64,000 bases of DNA from Yuukianura sp. NJ FZ-2021 (taxonomy: Eukaryota): NCBI GenBank assembly GCA_046563655.1, contig CM102286.1, positions 9,548,001 through 9,612,000 on the forward strand, given 5' to 3'. Both the position numbers and the translations under genes were made by a program. A model generated the notes under the pieces. It did no database searches. It had not been told where the DNA came from and saw nothing but the letters and a program-made list of their open reading frames with translations. The first letter of the stretch is position 1; every line of letters begins with the position of its first letter. Positions 15,001-27,706 of this stretch are shown here, one piece after another.

Positions 15001-18000
15001 CTAAGGTTAAGACGTGTCTCCATACGCTCAAGTAAAATGCTTGAAGTTCACGTCACACTTACTAAAGGGATGTTAAAGCAGTGTGACAAGAAAAAAAGAT
15101 GAGGTCACCAAGAAACCCAGCATTGAAAGTGGCTGTATATTCGAATTGACCTTGAAGTTGATATTCTTCGTACACGGATTCGTGGGCGTCGAAAGACATT
15201 CTATGCTGGATTCCATTTTCTAAGGTTAAGACGTGTCTCCATACGCTCAAGTAAAATGCTTGAAGTTCACGTCACACTTACTAAAGGGATGTTAAAGCAG
15301 TGTGACAAGAAAAAAAGATGAGGTCACCAAGAAACCCAGCATTGAAAGTGGCTGTATGTTCGCATTGACTTTGATGTTGATATTCTTTGTACACGGATTT
15401 GTGGGCGTCGAAAGACATTCTATGCTGGATTCCATTTTCTATGGTTAAGACGTGTCTCCATACGCTCAAGTAAAATGCTTGAAGTTCACGTCACACTTAC
15501 TAAAGGGATGTTAAAGCAGTGTGACAAGTAAAAAAAGATGATTTCACCTAGAACACCGCCACTGAAGGTGGCTGTATATTCGAATTGACCTTGAAGTTGA
15601 TATTCTTCGTACACGGCTTCGTGGGCGTCGAAAGACATTCTATGCTGGATTCCATTTTCTAAGGTTAAGACGTGTCTCCATACGCTCAAGTAAAATGCTT
15701 GAAGTTCACGTCACACTTACTAAAGGGATGTTAAAGCAGTGTGACAAGTAAAAACGATGATTTCACCAAGAACGCCGGCACTGAAAGTGGTTATATATTC
15801 GAATTGACCTTGAAGTTGATATTCTTCGTACACGGATTCGTGGGCGTCGAAAGACATTCTATGCTGGATTCCATTTTCTATGGTTAAGACGTGTCTCCAT
15901 ACGCTCAAGTAAAATGCTTGAAGTTCACGTCACACTTACTAAAGGGATGTTAAAGCAGTGTGACAAGAAAAAAAGATGAGGTCACCAAGAAACCCAGCAT
16001 TGAAAGTGGCTGTATGTTCGCATTGACTTTGATGTTGATATTCTTTGTACACGGATTTGTGGGCGTCGAAAGACATTCTATGCTGGATTCCATTTTCTAT
16101 GGTTAAGACGTGTCTCCATACGCTCAAGTAAAATGCTTGAAGTTCACGTCACACTTACTAAAGGGATGTTAAAGCAGTGTGACAAGTAAAAAAAGATGAT
16201 TTCACCTAGAACACCGCCACTGAAGGTGGCTGTATATTCGAATTGACCTTGAAGTTGATATTCTTCGTACACGGATTCGTGGGCGTCGAAAGACATTCTA
16301 TGCTGGATTCCATTTTCTAAGGTTAAGACGTGTCTCCATACGCTCAAGTAAAATGCTTGAAGTTCACGTCACACTTACTAAAGGGATGTTAAAGCAGTGT
16401 GACAAGTAAAAACGATGATTTCACCAAGAACGCCGGCACTGAAAGTGGTTATATATTCGAATTGACCTTGAAGTTGATATTCTTCGTACACGGATTCGTG
16501 GGCGTCGAAAGACATTCTATGCTGGATTCCATTTTCTATGGTTAAGACGTGTCTCCATACGCTCAAGTAAAATGCTTGAAGTTCACGTCACACTTACTAA
16601 AGGGATGTTAAAGCAGTGTGACAAGTAAAAAAAGATGAAGTCACCAAGAAACCCAGCATTGAAAGTGGCTGTATATTCGCATTGACTTTGATGTTGATAT
16701 TCTTTGTACACGGATTTGTGGGCGTCGAAAGACATTCTATGCTGGATTCCATTTTCTATGGTTAAGACGTGTCTCCATACGCTCAAGTAAAATGCTTGAA
16801 GTTCACGTCACACTTACTAAAGGGATGTTAAAGCAGTGTGACAAGTAAAAAAAGTTGATTTCACCAAGAACGCCGCCACTGAAACTGGCTGTATATTCGA
16901 ATTGACCTTGAAGTTGATATTCTTTGTACACGGATTTGTGGGCGTCGATAGACATTCTATGCTGGATTCCATTTTCTAAGGTTAAGACGTGTCTCCATAC
17001 GCTCAAGTAAAATACTTGAAGCTCACGTCACACTTACTAAAGGGATGTTAAAGCAGTGTGACAAGTAAAAAAAGATGATTTCACCAAGAACGCCGGCACT
17101 GAAAGTGGTTATATATTCGAATTGACCTTGAAGTTGATATTCTTCGTACACGGATTCGTGGGCGTCGAAAGACATTCTATGCTGGATTCCATTTTCTATG
17201 GTTAAGACGTGTCTCCATACGCTCAAGTAAAATGCTTGAAGTTCACGTCACACTTACTAAAGGGATGTTAAAGCAGTGTGACAAGAAAAAAAGATGAGGT
17301 CACCAAGAAACCCAGCATTGAAAGTGGCTGTATATTCGAATTGACTTTGATGTTGATATTCTTTGTACACGGATTTGTGGGCGTCGAAAGACATTCTATG
17401 CTGGATTCCATTTTCTATGGTTAAGACGTGTCTCCATACGCTCAAGTAAAATGCTTGAAGTTCACGTCACACTTACTAAAGGGATGTTAAAGCAGTGTGA
17501 CAAGAAAAAAAGATGAGGTCACCAAGAAACCCAGCATTGAAAGTGGCTGTATATTCGAATTGACTTTGATGTTGATATTCTTTGTACACGGATTTGTGGG
17601 CGTCGAAAGACATTCTATGCTGGATTCCATTTTCTATGGTTAAGACGTGTCTCCATACGCTCAAGTAAAATGCTTGAAGTTCACGTCACACTTACTAAAG
17701 GGATGTTAAAGCAGTGTGACAAGTAAAAAAAGATGATTTCACCAAGAACACCGCCACTGAAGGTGGCTGTATATTCGAATTGACCTTGAAGTTGATATTC
17801 TTTGTACACGGATTTGTGGGCGTCGAAAGACATTCTATGCTGCATTCCATTTTCTAAGGGTAAGACGTTTCTCCATACGCTCAAGTAAAATGCTTGAAGT
17901 TCACGTCACACTTACTAAAGGGATGTTAAAGCAGTGTGACAAGTAAAAAAAGATGATTTCACCAAGAACGCCGGCACTGAAAGTGGTTATATATTCGAAT

Positions 18001-21000
18001 TGACCTTGAAGTTGATATTCTTCGTACACGGATTCGTGGGCGTCGAAAGACATTCTATGCTGGATTCCATTTTCTAAGGTTAAGACGTGTCTCCATACGC
18101 TCAAGTAAAATGCTTGAAGTTCACGTCACACTTACTAAAGGGATGTTAAAGCAGTGTGACAAGTAAAAAAAGATGATTTCGCCAAGAACGCCGGCACTGA
18201 AAGTGGTTATATATTCGAATTGACCTTGAAGTTGATATTCTTCGTACACGGATTCGTGGGCGTCGAAAGACATTCTATGCTGGATTCCATTTTCTATGGT
18301 TAAGACGTGTCTCCATACGCTCAAGTAAAATGCTTGAAGTTCACGTCACACTTACTAAAGGGATGTTAAAGCAGTGTGACAAGAAAAAAAGATGAGGTCA
18401 CCAAGAAACCCAGCATTGAAAGTGGCTGTATATTCGAATTGACTTTGATGTTGATATTCTTTGTACACGGATTTGTGGGCGTCGAAAGACATTCTATGCT
18501 GGATTCCATTTTCTATGGTTAAGACGTGTCTCCATACGCTCAAGTAAAATGCTTGAAGTTCACGTCACACTTACTAAAGGGATGTTAAAGCAGTGTGACA
18601 AGTAAAAAAAGATGATTTCACCAAGAACACCGCCACTGAAGGTGGCTGTATATTCGAATTGACCTTGAAGTTGATATTCTTCGTACACGGCTTCGTGGGC
18701 GTCGAAAGACATTCTATGCTGGATTCCATTTTCTAAGGTTAAGACGTGTCTCCATACGCTCAAGTAAAATGCTTGAAGTTCACGTCACACTTACTAAAGG
18801 GATGTTAAAGCAGTGTGACAAGTAAAAAAAGATGATTTCGCCAAGAACGCCGGCACTGAAAGTGGTTATATATTCGAATTGACCTTGAAGTTGATATTCT
18901 TCGTACACGGATTCGTGGGCTTCGAAAGACATTCTATGCTGGATTCCATTTTCTATGGTTAAGACGTGTCTCCATACGCTCAAGTAAAATGCTTGAAGTT
19001 CACGTCACACTTACTAAAGGGATGTTAAAGCAGTGTGACAAGTAAAAAAAGATGATTTCACCAAGAACGCCGGCACTGAAAGTGGTTATATATTCGAATT
19101 GACCTTGAAGTTGATATTCTTCGTACACGGATTCGTGGGCGTCGAAAGACATTCTATGCTGGATTCCATTTTCTATGGTTAAGACGTGTCTCCATACGCT
19201 CAAGTAAAATGCTTGAAGTTCACGTCACACTTACTAAAGGGATGTTAAAGCAGTGTGACAAGAAAAAAAGATGAGGTCACCAAGAAACCCAGCATTGAAA
19301 GTGGCTGTATGTTCGCATTGACTTTGATGTTGATATTCTTTGTACACGGATTTGTGGGCGTCGAAAGACATTCTATGCTGGATTCCATTTTCTATGGTTA
19401 AGACGTGTCTCCATACGCTCAAGTAAAATGCTTGAAGTTCACGTCACACTTACTAAAGGGATGTTAAAGCAGTGTGACAAGTAAAAAAAGATGATTTCAC
19501 CTAGAACACCGCCACTGAAGGTGGCTGTATATTCGAATTGACCTTGAAGTTGATATTCTTTGTACACGGATTTGTGGGCGTCGAAAGACATTCTATGCTG
19601 CATTCCATTTTCTAAGGCTAAGACGTTTCTCCATACCCTCAAGTAAAATGCTTGAAGTTCACGTCACACTTACTAAAGGGATGTTAAAGCAGTGTGACAA
19701 GTAAAAAAAATGATTTCACCAAGAACGCCGGCACTGAAAGTGGTTATATATTCGAATTGACCTTGAAGTTGATATTCTTCGTACACGGATTCGTGGGCGT
19801 CGAAAGACATTCTATGCTGGATTCCATTTTCTATGGTTAAGACGTGTCTCCATACGCTCAAGTAAAATGCTTGAAGTTCACGTCACACTTACTAAAGGGA
19901 TGTTAAAGCAGTGTGACAAGAAAAAAAGATGAGGTCACCAAGAAACCCAGCATTGAAAGTGGCTGTATGTTCGAATTGACCTTGAAGTTGATATTCTTCG
20001 TACACGGATTCGTGGGCGTCGAAAGACATTCTATGCTGGATTCCATTTTCTATGGTTAAGACGTGTCTCCATACGCTCAAGTAAAATGCTTGAAGTTCAC
20101 GTCACACTTACTAAAGGGATGTTAAAGCAGTGTGACAAGAAAAAAACATGAGGTCACCAAGAAACCCAGCATTGAAAGTGGCTGTATATTCGCATTGACT
20201 TTGATGTTGATATTCTTTGTACACGGATTTGTGGGCGTCGAAAGACATTCTATGCTGCATTCCATTTTCTAAGGCTAAGACGTGTCTCCATACCCTCAAG
20301 TAAAATGCTTGAAGTTCACGTCACACTTACTAAAGGGATGTTAAAGCAGTGTGGCAAGTAAAAAAAGATGATTTCACCAAGAACGCCGGCACTGAAAGTG
20401 GTTATATATTCGAATTGACCTTGAAGTTGATATTCTTCGTACACGGATTTGTGGGCGTCGAAAGACATTCTATGCTGGATTCCATTTTCTATGGTTAAGA
20501 CGTGTCTCCATACGCTCAAGTAAAATGCTTGAAGTTCACGTCACACTTACTAAAGGGATGTTAAAGCAGTGTGGCAAGTAAAAAAAGATGATTTCACCAA
20601 GAACGCCGGCACTGAAAGTGGTTATATATTCGAATTGACCTTGAAGTTGATATTCTTCGTACACGGATTCGTGGGCGTCGAAAGACATTCTATGCTGGAT
20701 TCCATTTTCTATGGTTAAGACGTGTCTCCATACGCTCAAGTAAAATGCTTGAAGTTCACGTCACACTTACTAAAGGGATGTTAAAGCAGTGTGACAAGTA
20801 AAAAAAGATGAGGTCACCAAGAAACCCAGCATTGAAAGTGGCTGTATATTCGCATTGACTTTGATGTTGATATTCTTTGTACACGGATTTGTGGGCGTCG
20901 AAAGACATTCTATGCTGGATTCCATTTTCTATGGTTAAGACGTGTCTCCATACGCTCAAGTAAAATGCTTGAAGTTCACGTCACACTTACTAAAGGGATG

Positions 21001-23474
21001 TTAAAGCAGTGTGACAAGAAAAAAAGATGAGGTCACCAAGAAACCCAGCATTGAAAGTGGCTGTATGTTCGCATTGACTTTGATGTTGATATTCTTTGTA
21101 CACGGATTTGTGGGCGTCGAAAGACATTCTATGCTGGATTCCATTTTCTATGGTTAAGACGTGTCTCCATACGCTCAAGTAAAATGCTTGAAGTTCACGT
21201 CACACTTACTAAAGGGATGTTAAAGCAGTGTGGCAAGTAAAAAAAGATGATTTCACCAAGAACGCCGGCACTGAAAGTGGTTATATATTCGAATTGACCT
21301 TGAAGTTGATATTCTTCGTACACGGATTCGTGGGCGTCGAAAAACATTCTATGCTGGATTCCATTTTCTATGGTTAAGACGTGTCTCCATTCGCTCAAGT
21401 AAAATGCTTGAAGTTCACGTCACACTTACTAAAGGGATGTTAAAGCAGTGTGACAAGAAAAAAAGATGAGGTCACCAAGAAACCCAGCATTGAAAGTGGC
21501 TGTATGTTCGCATTGACTTTGATGTTGATATTCTTTGTACACGGATTTGTGGGCGTCGAAAGACATTCTATGCTGGATTCCATTTTCTATGGTTAAGACG
21601 TGTCTCCATACGCTCAAGTAAAATGCTTGAAGTTCACGTCACACTTACTAAAGGGATGTTAAAGCAGTGTGACAAGTAAAAAAAGATGATTTCACCTAGA
21701 ACACCGCCACTGAAGGTGGCTGTATATTCGAATTGACCTTGAAGTTGATATTCTTTGTACACGGATTTGTGGGCGTCGAAAGACATTCTATGCTGCATTC
21801 CATTTTCTAAGGCTAAGACGTTTCTCCATACCCTCAAGTAAAATGCTTGAAGTTCACGTCACACTTACTAAAGGGATGTTAAAGCAGTGTGACAAGTAAA
21901 AAAAGATGATTTCACCAAGAACGCCGGCACTGAAAGTGGTTATATATTCGAATTGACCTTGAAGTTGATATTCTTCGTACACGGATTCGTGGGCGTCGAA
22001 AGGCATTCTATGCTGGATTCCATTTTCTATGGTCAAGACGTGTCTCCATACGCTCAAGTAAAATGCTTGAAGTTCACGTCACACTTACTAAAGGGATGTT
22101 AAAGCAGTGTGACAAGAAAAAAAGATGAGGTCACCAAGAAACCCAGCATTGAAAGTGGCTGTATGTTCGAATTGACCTTGAAGTTGATATTCTTCGTACA
22201 CGGCTTCGTGGGCGTCGAAAGACATTCTATGCTGGATTCCATTTTCTAAGGTTAAGACGTGTCTCCATACGCTCAAGTAAAATGCTTGAAGTTCACGTCA
22301 CACTTACTAAAGGGATGTTAAAGCAGTGTGACAAGTAAAAAAAGATGATTTCGCCAAGAACGCCGGCACTGAAAGTGGTTATATATTCGAATTGACCTTG
22401 AAGTTGATATTCTTCGTACACGGATTCGTGGGCGTCGAAAGACATTCTATGCTTGATTCCATTTTCTATGGTTAAGACGTGTCTCCATACGCTCAAGTAA
22501 AATGCTTGAAGTTCACGTCACACTTACTAAAGGGATGTTAAAGCAGTGTGACAAGAAAAAAACATGAGGTCACCAAGAAACCCAGCATTGAAAGTGGCTG
22601 TATATTCGCATTGACTTTGATGTTGATATTCTTTGTACACGGATTTGTGGGCGTCGAAAGACATTCTATGCTGCATTCCATTTTCTAAGGCTAAGACGTG
22701 TCTCCATACCCTCAAGTAAAATGCTTGAAGTTCACGTCACACTTACTAAAGGGATGTTAAAGCAGTGTGGCAAGTAAAAAAAGATGATTTCACCAAGAAC
22801 GCCGGCACTGAAAGTGGTTATATATTCGAATTGACCTTGAAGTTGATATTCTTCGTACACGGATTTGTGGGCGTCGAAAGACATTCTATGCTGGATTCCA
22901 TTTTCTATGGATAAGACGTGTCTCCATACGCTCAAGTAAAATGCTTGAAGTTCACGTCACACTTACTAAAGGGATGTTAAAGCAGTGTGACAAGTAAAAA
23001 AAGATGATTTCACCTAGAACACCGCCACTGAAGGTGGCTGTATATTCGAATTGACCTTGAAGTTGATATTCTTCGTACACGGCTTCGTGGGCGTCGAAAG
23101 ACATTCTATGCTGGATTCCATTTTCTAAGGTTAAGACGTGTCTCCATACGCTCAAGTAAAATGCTTGAAGTTCACGTCACACTTACTAAAGGGATGTTAA
23201 AGCAGTGTGACAAGAAAAAAAGATGAGGTCACCAAGAAACCCAGCATTGAAAGTGGCTGTATATTCGCATTGACTTTGAATTTGTTATTCTTTGTACACG
23301 GATTTGTGGGCGTCGAAAGACATTCTATGCTGCATTCCATTTTCTAAGGCTAAGACGTATCTCCTTACGCTCAAGTAAAATGCTTGAAGTTCACGTCACA
23401 CTTACGAAAGGGATGTTAAAGCAGTGTGACAAGTAAAAAAGATGATTTCACCAAGAACGCCGGCACTGAAAGTG
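1..23474. repeat. Satellite DNA array, about 106 tandem monomers of 218-220 bp (228 bp where an 8-bp duplication is present); continues beyond the left window edge
   Basis: A near-identical unit (AAGTAAAATGCTTGAAGTTCACGTCACACTTACTAAAGGGATG...GTCTCCATACGCTC) recurs every ~219 bp. Length variation sits in an A-run and in the AGTAAAAT duplication. The array ends mid-monomer at ...CACTGAAAGTG (23474), and the last two units are the most diverged. Confidence 0.97.
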
Positions 23475-23669
23475 ATGATGACCTTGATTTTATTGATACT
23501 ACTGTGAATGAGTGCAAAGTGAAACCATAAGTGAAACATTCACCAAGCCAGAGCCAATTCAACAATTTAAGTGAATCTGGAGTGGATTTTCATGGTTGAA
23601 ACCACATCGTGAGCATAATGCTCCAGAATTAGCTGTAAAAATATGTGAAATTTTTCTTGTGTCGAAAAA

Positions 23670-24081
23670 TTAATTTGCAGTCCGCGGAATAAATTCCACC
23701 TTCAAATTAATCCGAACTTTTTCCACATTCGAATCGGTAGTGGCGTCACTCCCGGGATTGGACGCAGATGAAAGTTGAGCAGCAAATGGCAAATGGCAAC
23801 TTTGGTTTCGACCAAAGTAAATCGCATACCGATACAATTTCTGGGTCCAGTGCCGAATGGTAAATACGTATATACATTTCTGGCTGCTTTGTTTTCAGCT
23901 GAAAAGCGTTCAGGAATAAACTCGCGGGGATTCGGATAGTACTTCTCCTCGTAGTGGATGCTGTCTATTGGAATCACCGCCATAATTCCTTTGGGAATTT
24001 TGAAATTGGCGCCAGGCATCTCATACTCCTCCGCACATTTACGCTCCAATCGTTGAGCTGGCGAATACATTCTCAGCATTT
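23670..24081 (-). pseudogene. Cytochrome P450 (clan 3, CYP6/9-like) last exon, pseudogene fragment
   Basis: Acceptor TTTTTTAG, then EMLR (ExxR), PERF and the heme motif PFGTGPRNCIG. Relative to the paralog at 33320-33727, a 16-nt deletion after KKFGL frameshifts the C-terminus (DLKVEFIPRTAN* lies in another frame, stop at 23670). No matching upstream exons on this strand nearby. Confidence 0.88.
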
Positions 24082-24168
24082 CTAAAAAATTATTCAAAGT
24101 AAGTGAATTTCCTAAATAAAGGTTAACCCAAAGTCAACGATTATGTCAGCTTGGAGCTAACCTTAAAC

Positions 24169-24968
24169 CGTAGCAGGTCATAACAGCCAAAGCAAAAAGA
24201 GCCGATCAAACAGAGCCAATTTCAAGAAGAGCCGATGCCAAAAGAGTTGATCCCATAAAAGTCGATTGCAAAAAGAGCCGATCTGAAAAAGAGCCGATGC
24301 CAGATGAGCCGAAGCAATAAGAGCCGATTGCAAAAAGGGCCAATCTGAAAAAGAGCCGATTTCAAAAACGGGATTTTGCGTGAAAATTTCTTTCTACACT
24401 CCTTAATTTCCGTGCGCTGAACTCGAATCTGTCATGAGATTTAGGCTGAATTTTCAAATAACAAAATGACTTTCAATTTCCCGCGCCAAAGGCGCGGTGT
24501 TAGGTTTGGTTAAATTGACAATAGGAATTACATTTGTAGATTAGGATAGGTTACTGAGCTTATGTACACTTTTCATACCTATTGTAGGTCAAAAAATATC
24601 AACAGTATTTTTTCAACATTTTGAAAAAGTAGTTTCCGCGGAATTTGTTTTTCATATTCGTGTTTAGCACCCTCAAATTTGTCTAGAAAATTTTTTTAAT
24701 GCAAATCCGAGTCTACCCTGCATTTTTTTCGTCGTTTTAATTCTAAATCATATCTTTCTAAAATTGGCTCTTTTTGAAATCGGCTCTTTTGTGATCGGCT
24801 CTTATTTCTTCGGTGCATTTGGCATCGGCTCTTTTTGAGATCAGCTCTTTTTGAAATCGGCTCTTGTGGCATCGGCTCTTTTGGCATTGGCTCTTTTTGA
24901 AATCGGCTCTTTTTGATCGGCTCTTATGGCATCGGCTCTTTTTGCTTCGGCTGTTATGACATGGAATC
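24169..24968. mobile_element. Non-autonomous foldback/MITE-like DNA transposon with inverted AAAAAGAGCCGAT sub-repeat arms
   Basis: Left arm GTCATAACAGCCAAAGCAAAAAGAGCCGAT... (from 24177) mirrors right arm ...ATCGGCTCTTTTTGCTTCGGCTGTTATGAC (to 24960). Internal hairpin CCGCGCC-AAA-GGCGCGG at 24481-24497. No TSD found. Confidence 0.8.
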
Positions 24969-25209
24969 GTAAGTTGGAATAGAAACTAAATACCATCACT
25001 AACCATTTCCGCCAGCGATTTGTTGCGGTTTTTTCAATTTTATATTTTTAATTGATTTTTGAATTTGGGGTAAAATTGTGTCTATGAGGGGTCACCTAAG
25101 TCACCAAGCATTAAAATTGAAAACGCGAAGAGTTTACAGTTGCTATGTTGATAATTGGGCGACTGTTTTGCCTCCATAATTGGTTATAACTCCACAATAT
25201 TTCATACAT

Positions 25210-25658
25210 CAATGGACTGCATTTGACCTCTGCTTTAGAATGACATGTCACTTGTTTGGGTATGATTTTGTGATCTCATGGTGATAGGTCAAGGGTCAAA
25301 GGTCACGGGTCAAGATGTGACCTAGCCTGTGGTCATCTTGATGATCTCCCGAAGAGAAGGACACTTCATTTGTCCAAATCGGTTCAGTAGTTTCGGAGGA
25401 GTAGCCGGAAAGACACACTTACACAGATAAACAGGGTCTCGATTTTGTATAAAGGTGAGTTCCATGAGATGGTCAAGGTCGTCATGTCAATTATCAACCT
25501 ACTCCATTTAGCCTCCCCTTTCTATTGATGTACTGCACGCCCAGTATGTCTCCTTCAATTTCGCATGACGTCACTGCGCTGGGTCAAGGGTCAAAGGTCA
25601 CAGGTCATTTATACATTACCCGACTGCATTCGACTTTCGAATGGCATGTCACTTATTA
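25210..25658 (-). mobile_element. Non-autonomous Helitron-like fragments
   Basis: The minus strand from 25455 reads CCTTTATACAAAATCGAGACCCTGTTTATCTGTGT...CTCCGAAACTACTGAACCGATTTGG, resembling the 5' core of arthropod non-autonomous Helitrons. GGGTCAAAGGTCA and ATGTCACTT motifs are repeated. Boundaries are approximate. Confidence 0.55.
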
Positions 25659-26476
25659 GGGGTTATTAGCCTAGAGAATGGAACGTAGATATCCTCCTTC
25701 TTTAACGTATGGAAACATGCCAAGACACCAGTCGATGCTGACAACCACTGTACAAAGCCTTTGGCGACGAAAAGTATGGCGGCAGGTTTAAATTTCGAGC
25801 GCCAATGCTATTCGTCAAGGATTTGGACGTCATAAAACTACTCCTGGTAAAAGATTTTGGACATTTTATGAATCGGAGAGACTTCATTGATACGGATCCC
25901 TTACTCTCGAGAGCCTTATTTTTTCTGCGTGGTTCAGAATGGAAAGAAGTCAAAACATTTCTGAGTCCTACTTTCACTTCCCGAAAAATCCGAAGAATGT
26001 TTCATCATTTCGAACGCTGCAGCCACTCGTTAAAGCAGTACATATTAAAGAACAGCCCAAAATGTTCGACCTCTGGCAGTGTGGAAAACGGGTATGAAGT
26101 CAATGTATTTGACGATACTAGACGTTTTGCGGTGGATGTTATTGGACCCACGGCGTTTGGCATGGAGACAGACGCTTTGAAGGAAAAGAATTCACACTTC
26201 TTCGAACAATGCAAAAAGACATCCATCACGATTCCGTCACGACTGCTAAAATTTGTCGTGTTCTCGTTTTACCCGCGGCTTGCAAACTTCTTCAAGGCAC
26301 AATTCTTGGAAGCACTATTGACGAAGTACATGGTAGGACTTCTGCGTACATCCATCTTAACACGAGAAAATACCAGTTCGGAAGGGAGAGACGATTTCCT
26401 TCAACTGCTAATCGAAGCTAAAGCCGAGGACAAATTTCGAGTTTACAACAGACTTGGCAGTTTCGCAAGCATTTAG
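25659..26476 (+). pseudogene. Cytochrome P450 N-terminal portion, pseudogene (paralog of 33950-34686)
   Basis: LFVKDLDVIKLLLVKDFGHFMNR, LRGSEWKEVKTFLSPTFTSRK (WxxxR region degenerate), DVIGPTAFG and DDFLQLLIEA are clan-3 P450 motifs. There is an in-frame TAG at 25686 and a frameshift near 25745. The start and membrane anchor are missing, and homology is lost after ~26430. Confidence 0.88.
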
Positions 26477-26689
26477 TTTTTTAAATGCTGGGTAAGATTA
26501 AGCTCTTTTTAACAAGAACTGCTGTTTTTTATAGCGAATTATGAAAGTATAAAAACTGGATTGTCGACATTGCACAATGTTCAGAACTGTTAGCTATGCT
26601 AAACGGAATAATTTTCTTCAAGTTTGACGCAGTAGCCGGTGCAATTGCGACCATGACATATATACTCGTGTATGTAATCGTGTAGTGGT

Positions 26690-27706
26690 GTCAACTCCTT
26701 CCGGGTCAAAGGTCAAGGTCAACCGGTTTCATCCCCGGTAACCCGGAAAATGACCTCTACAAAAGTTGTTCATCTCATTGAGACCAACAACTTTTGTGTG
26801 TAATGTGTGACCCCAGGTCACCTGCGTCCGGGTCAAAATGGATTTCAAAGGTCATTTGTAATGCAAGTGTGGGTAGAAAAACTCTGCTTGTGAGACAGGA
26901 AAGGCAATTGGCATGGGGCTTGGTTCTCTGCTTAGCAAAAAATCCATTACGCAGTTGACTAACACACTCAACTGTCACCTGTCACACTTCATCTGTCACT
27001 TCACCTGTCACGTGCCGGGTGTCACCTGTCACGCGCCGGATGTCACCTGTCACGGCTGTCACTTGCAGGGTGTCAGTTGTCACCTGTCACTCACGTGCCG
27101 GGTGTCACGTCTCACTTGCCGGGTGAGAGTTGTCAACTGTCACTCACGTGTCGGGTGTCACCTGTCACGTGCTGGGTGTCAGCTGTCACCTGTCACTTTC
27201 CGGGTGTCACCTGTCACATGCCGGGTGTCACCTGTCACTTTCCGGGTGTCACCTGTCACGTGCCGCGTGTCACCTGTCACACTCACGTGTCACTTGCCGC
27301 GTGTCACCTGTCACCCTCACATGTCACTTGCCGCGTGTCACCTGTCACACTCACGTGTCACTTGCCGGGTGTCACCTGTCACGTCTCACCTGTCAGCTGT
27401 CACGCCTCAGCTGTCACGCCTCAGCTGTCACGTCTCATATGTCAAGACCCCCTGGGGGGCGGGAAAGTGGGGGGAGCACACCCACACTCACCCTGGGGGG
27501 GGGCGGGAAAGTGGGGGGAACACACCCCCACGCCTCCTGGGGTGCGGAGCAAAAAAGCGGGAAAACACACCCCCACTCCCCCGACGGGGCGGGAAAGTTG
27601 GGGGAACACACCCCCGCTCACCTTTGGAGGGGGGGGGGCTTCAGTGTGATTTACAAAACTTCCCTATTCTTCGCTATTATCATTATGGGCGGTTTACAAC
27701 CGGTTT
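26690..27706 (+). mobile_element. Helentron-associated interspersed element (HINE/DINE-1-like), 5'-truncated copy with internal minisatellite
   Basis: 26691-26830 closely matches 27926-28075. The interior is GC-rich with poly-G/C tracts, and the 3' end reads TTCGCTATTA...CGGTTTACAACCGGTTT (short hairpin), matching 32788-32806. Confidence 0.6.
26970..27440. repeat. Degenerate minisatellite built from TGTCACCTGTCAC / GCCGGG units
   Basis: Dozens of TGTCAC-containing units. It produces only low-complexity ORFs in all three frames. Confidence 0.85.

Noticed and set aside
87..23155. About 104 short ORFs (61-67 aa) as a tandem gene family
   Set aside because: The minus-strand ones start at TTG, their C-termini switch with A-run length, variants in that frame are nearly all non-synonymous, and there is no room for promoters. 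They are by-products of the satellite unit.
1..23474. CRISPR array or repeat-spacer system
   Set aside because: There are no unique spacers; whole units are homologous, no cas genes are present, and the context is eukaryotic.
1..23474. Hammerhead ribozyme within the 219-bp satellite
   Set aside because: No CTGANGA core with a properly placed GAAA on either strand.
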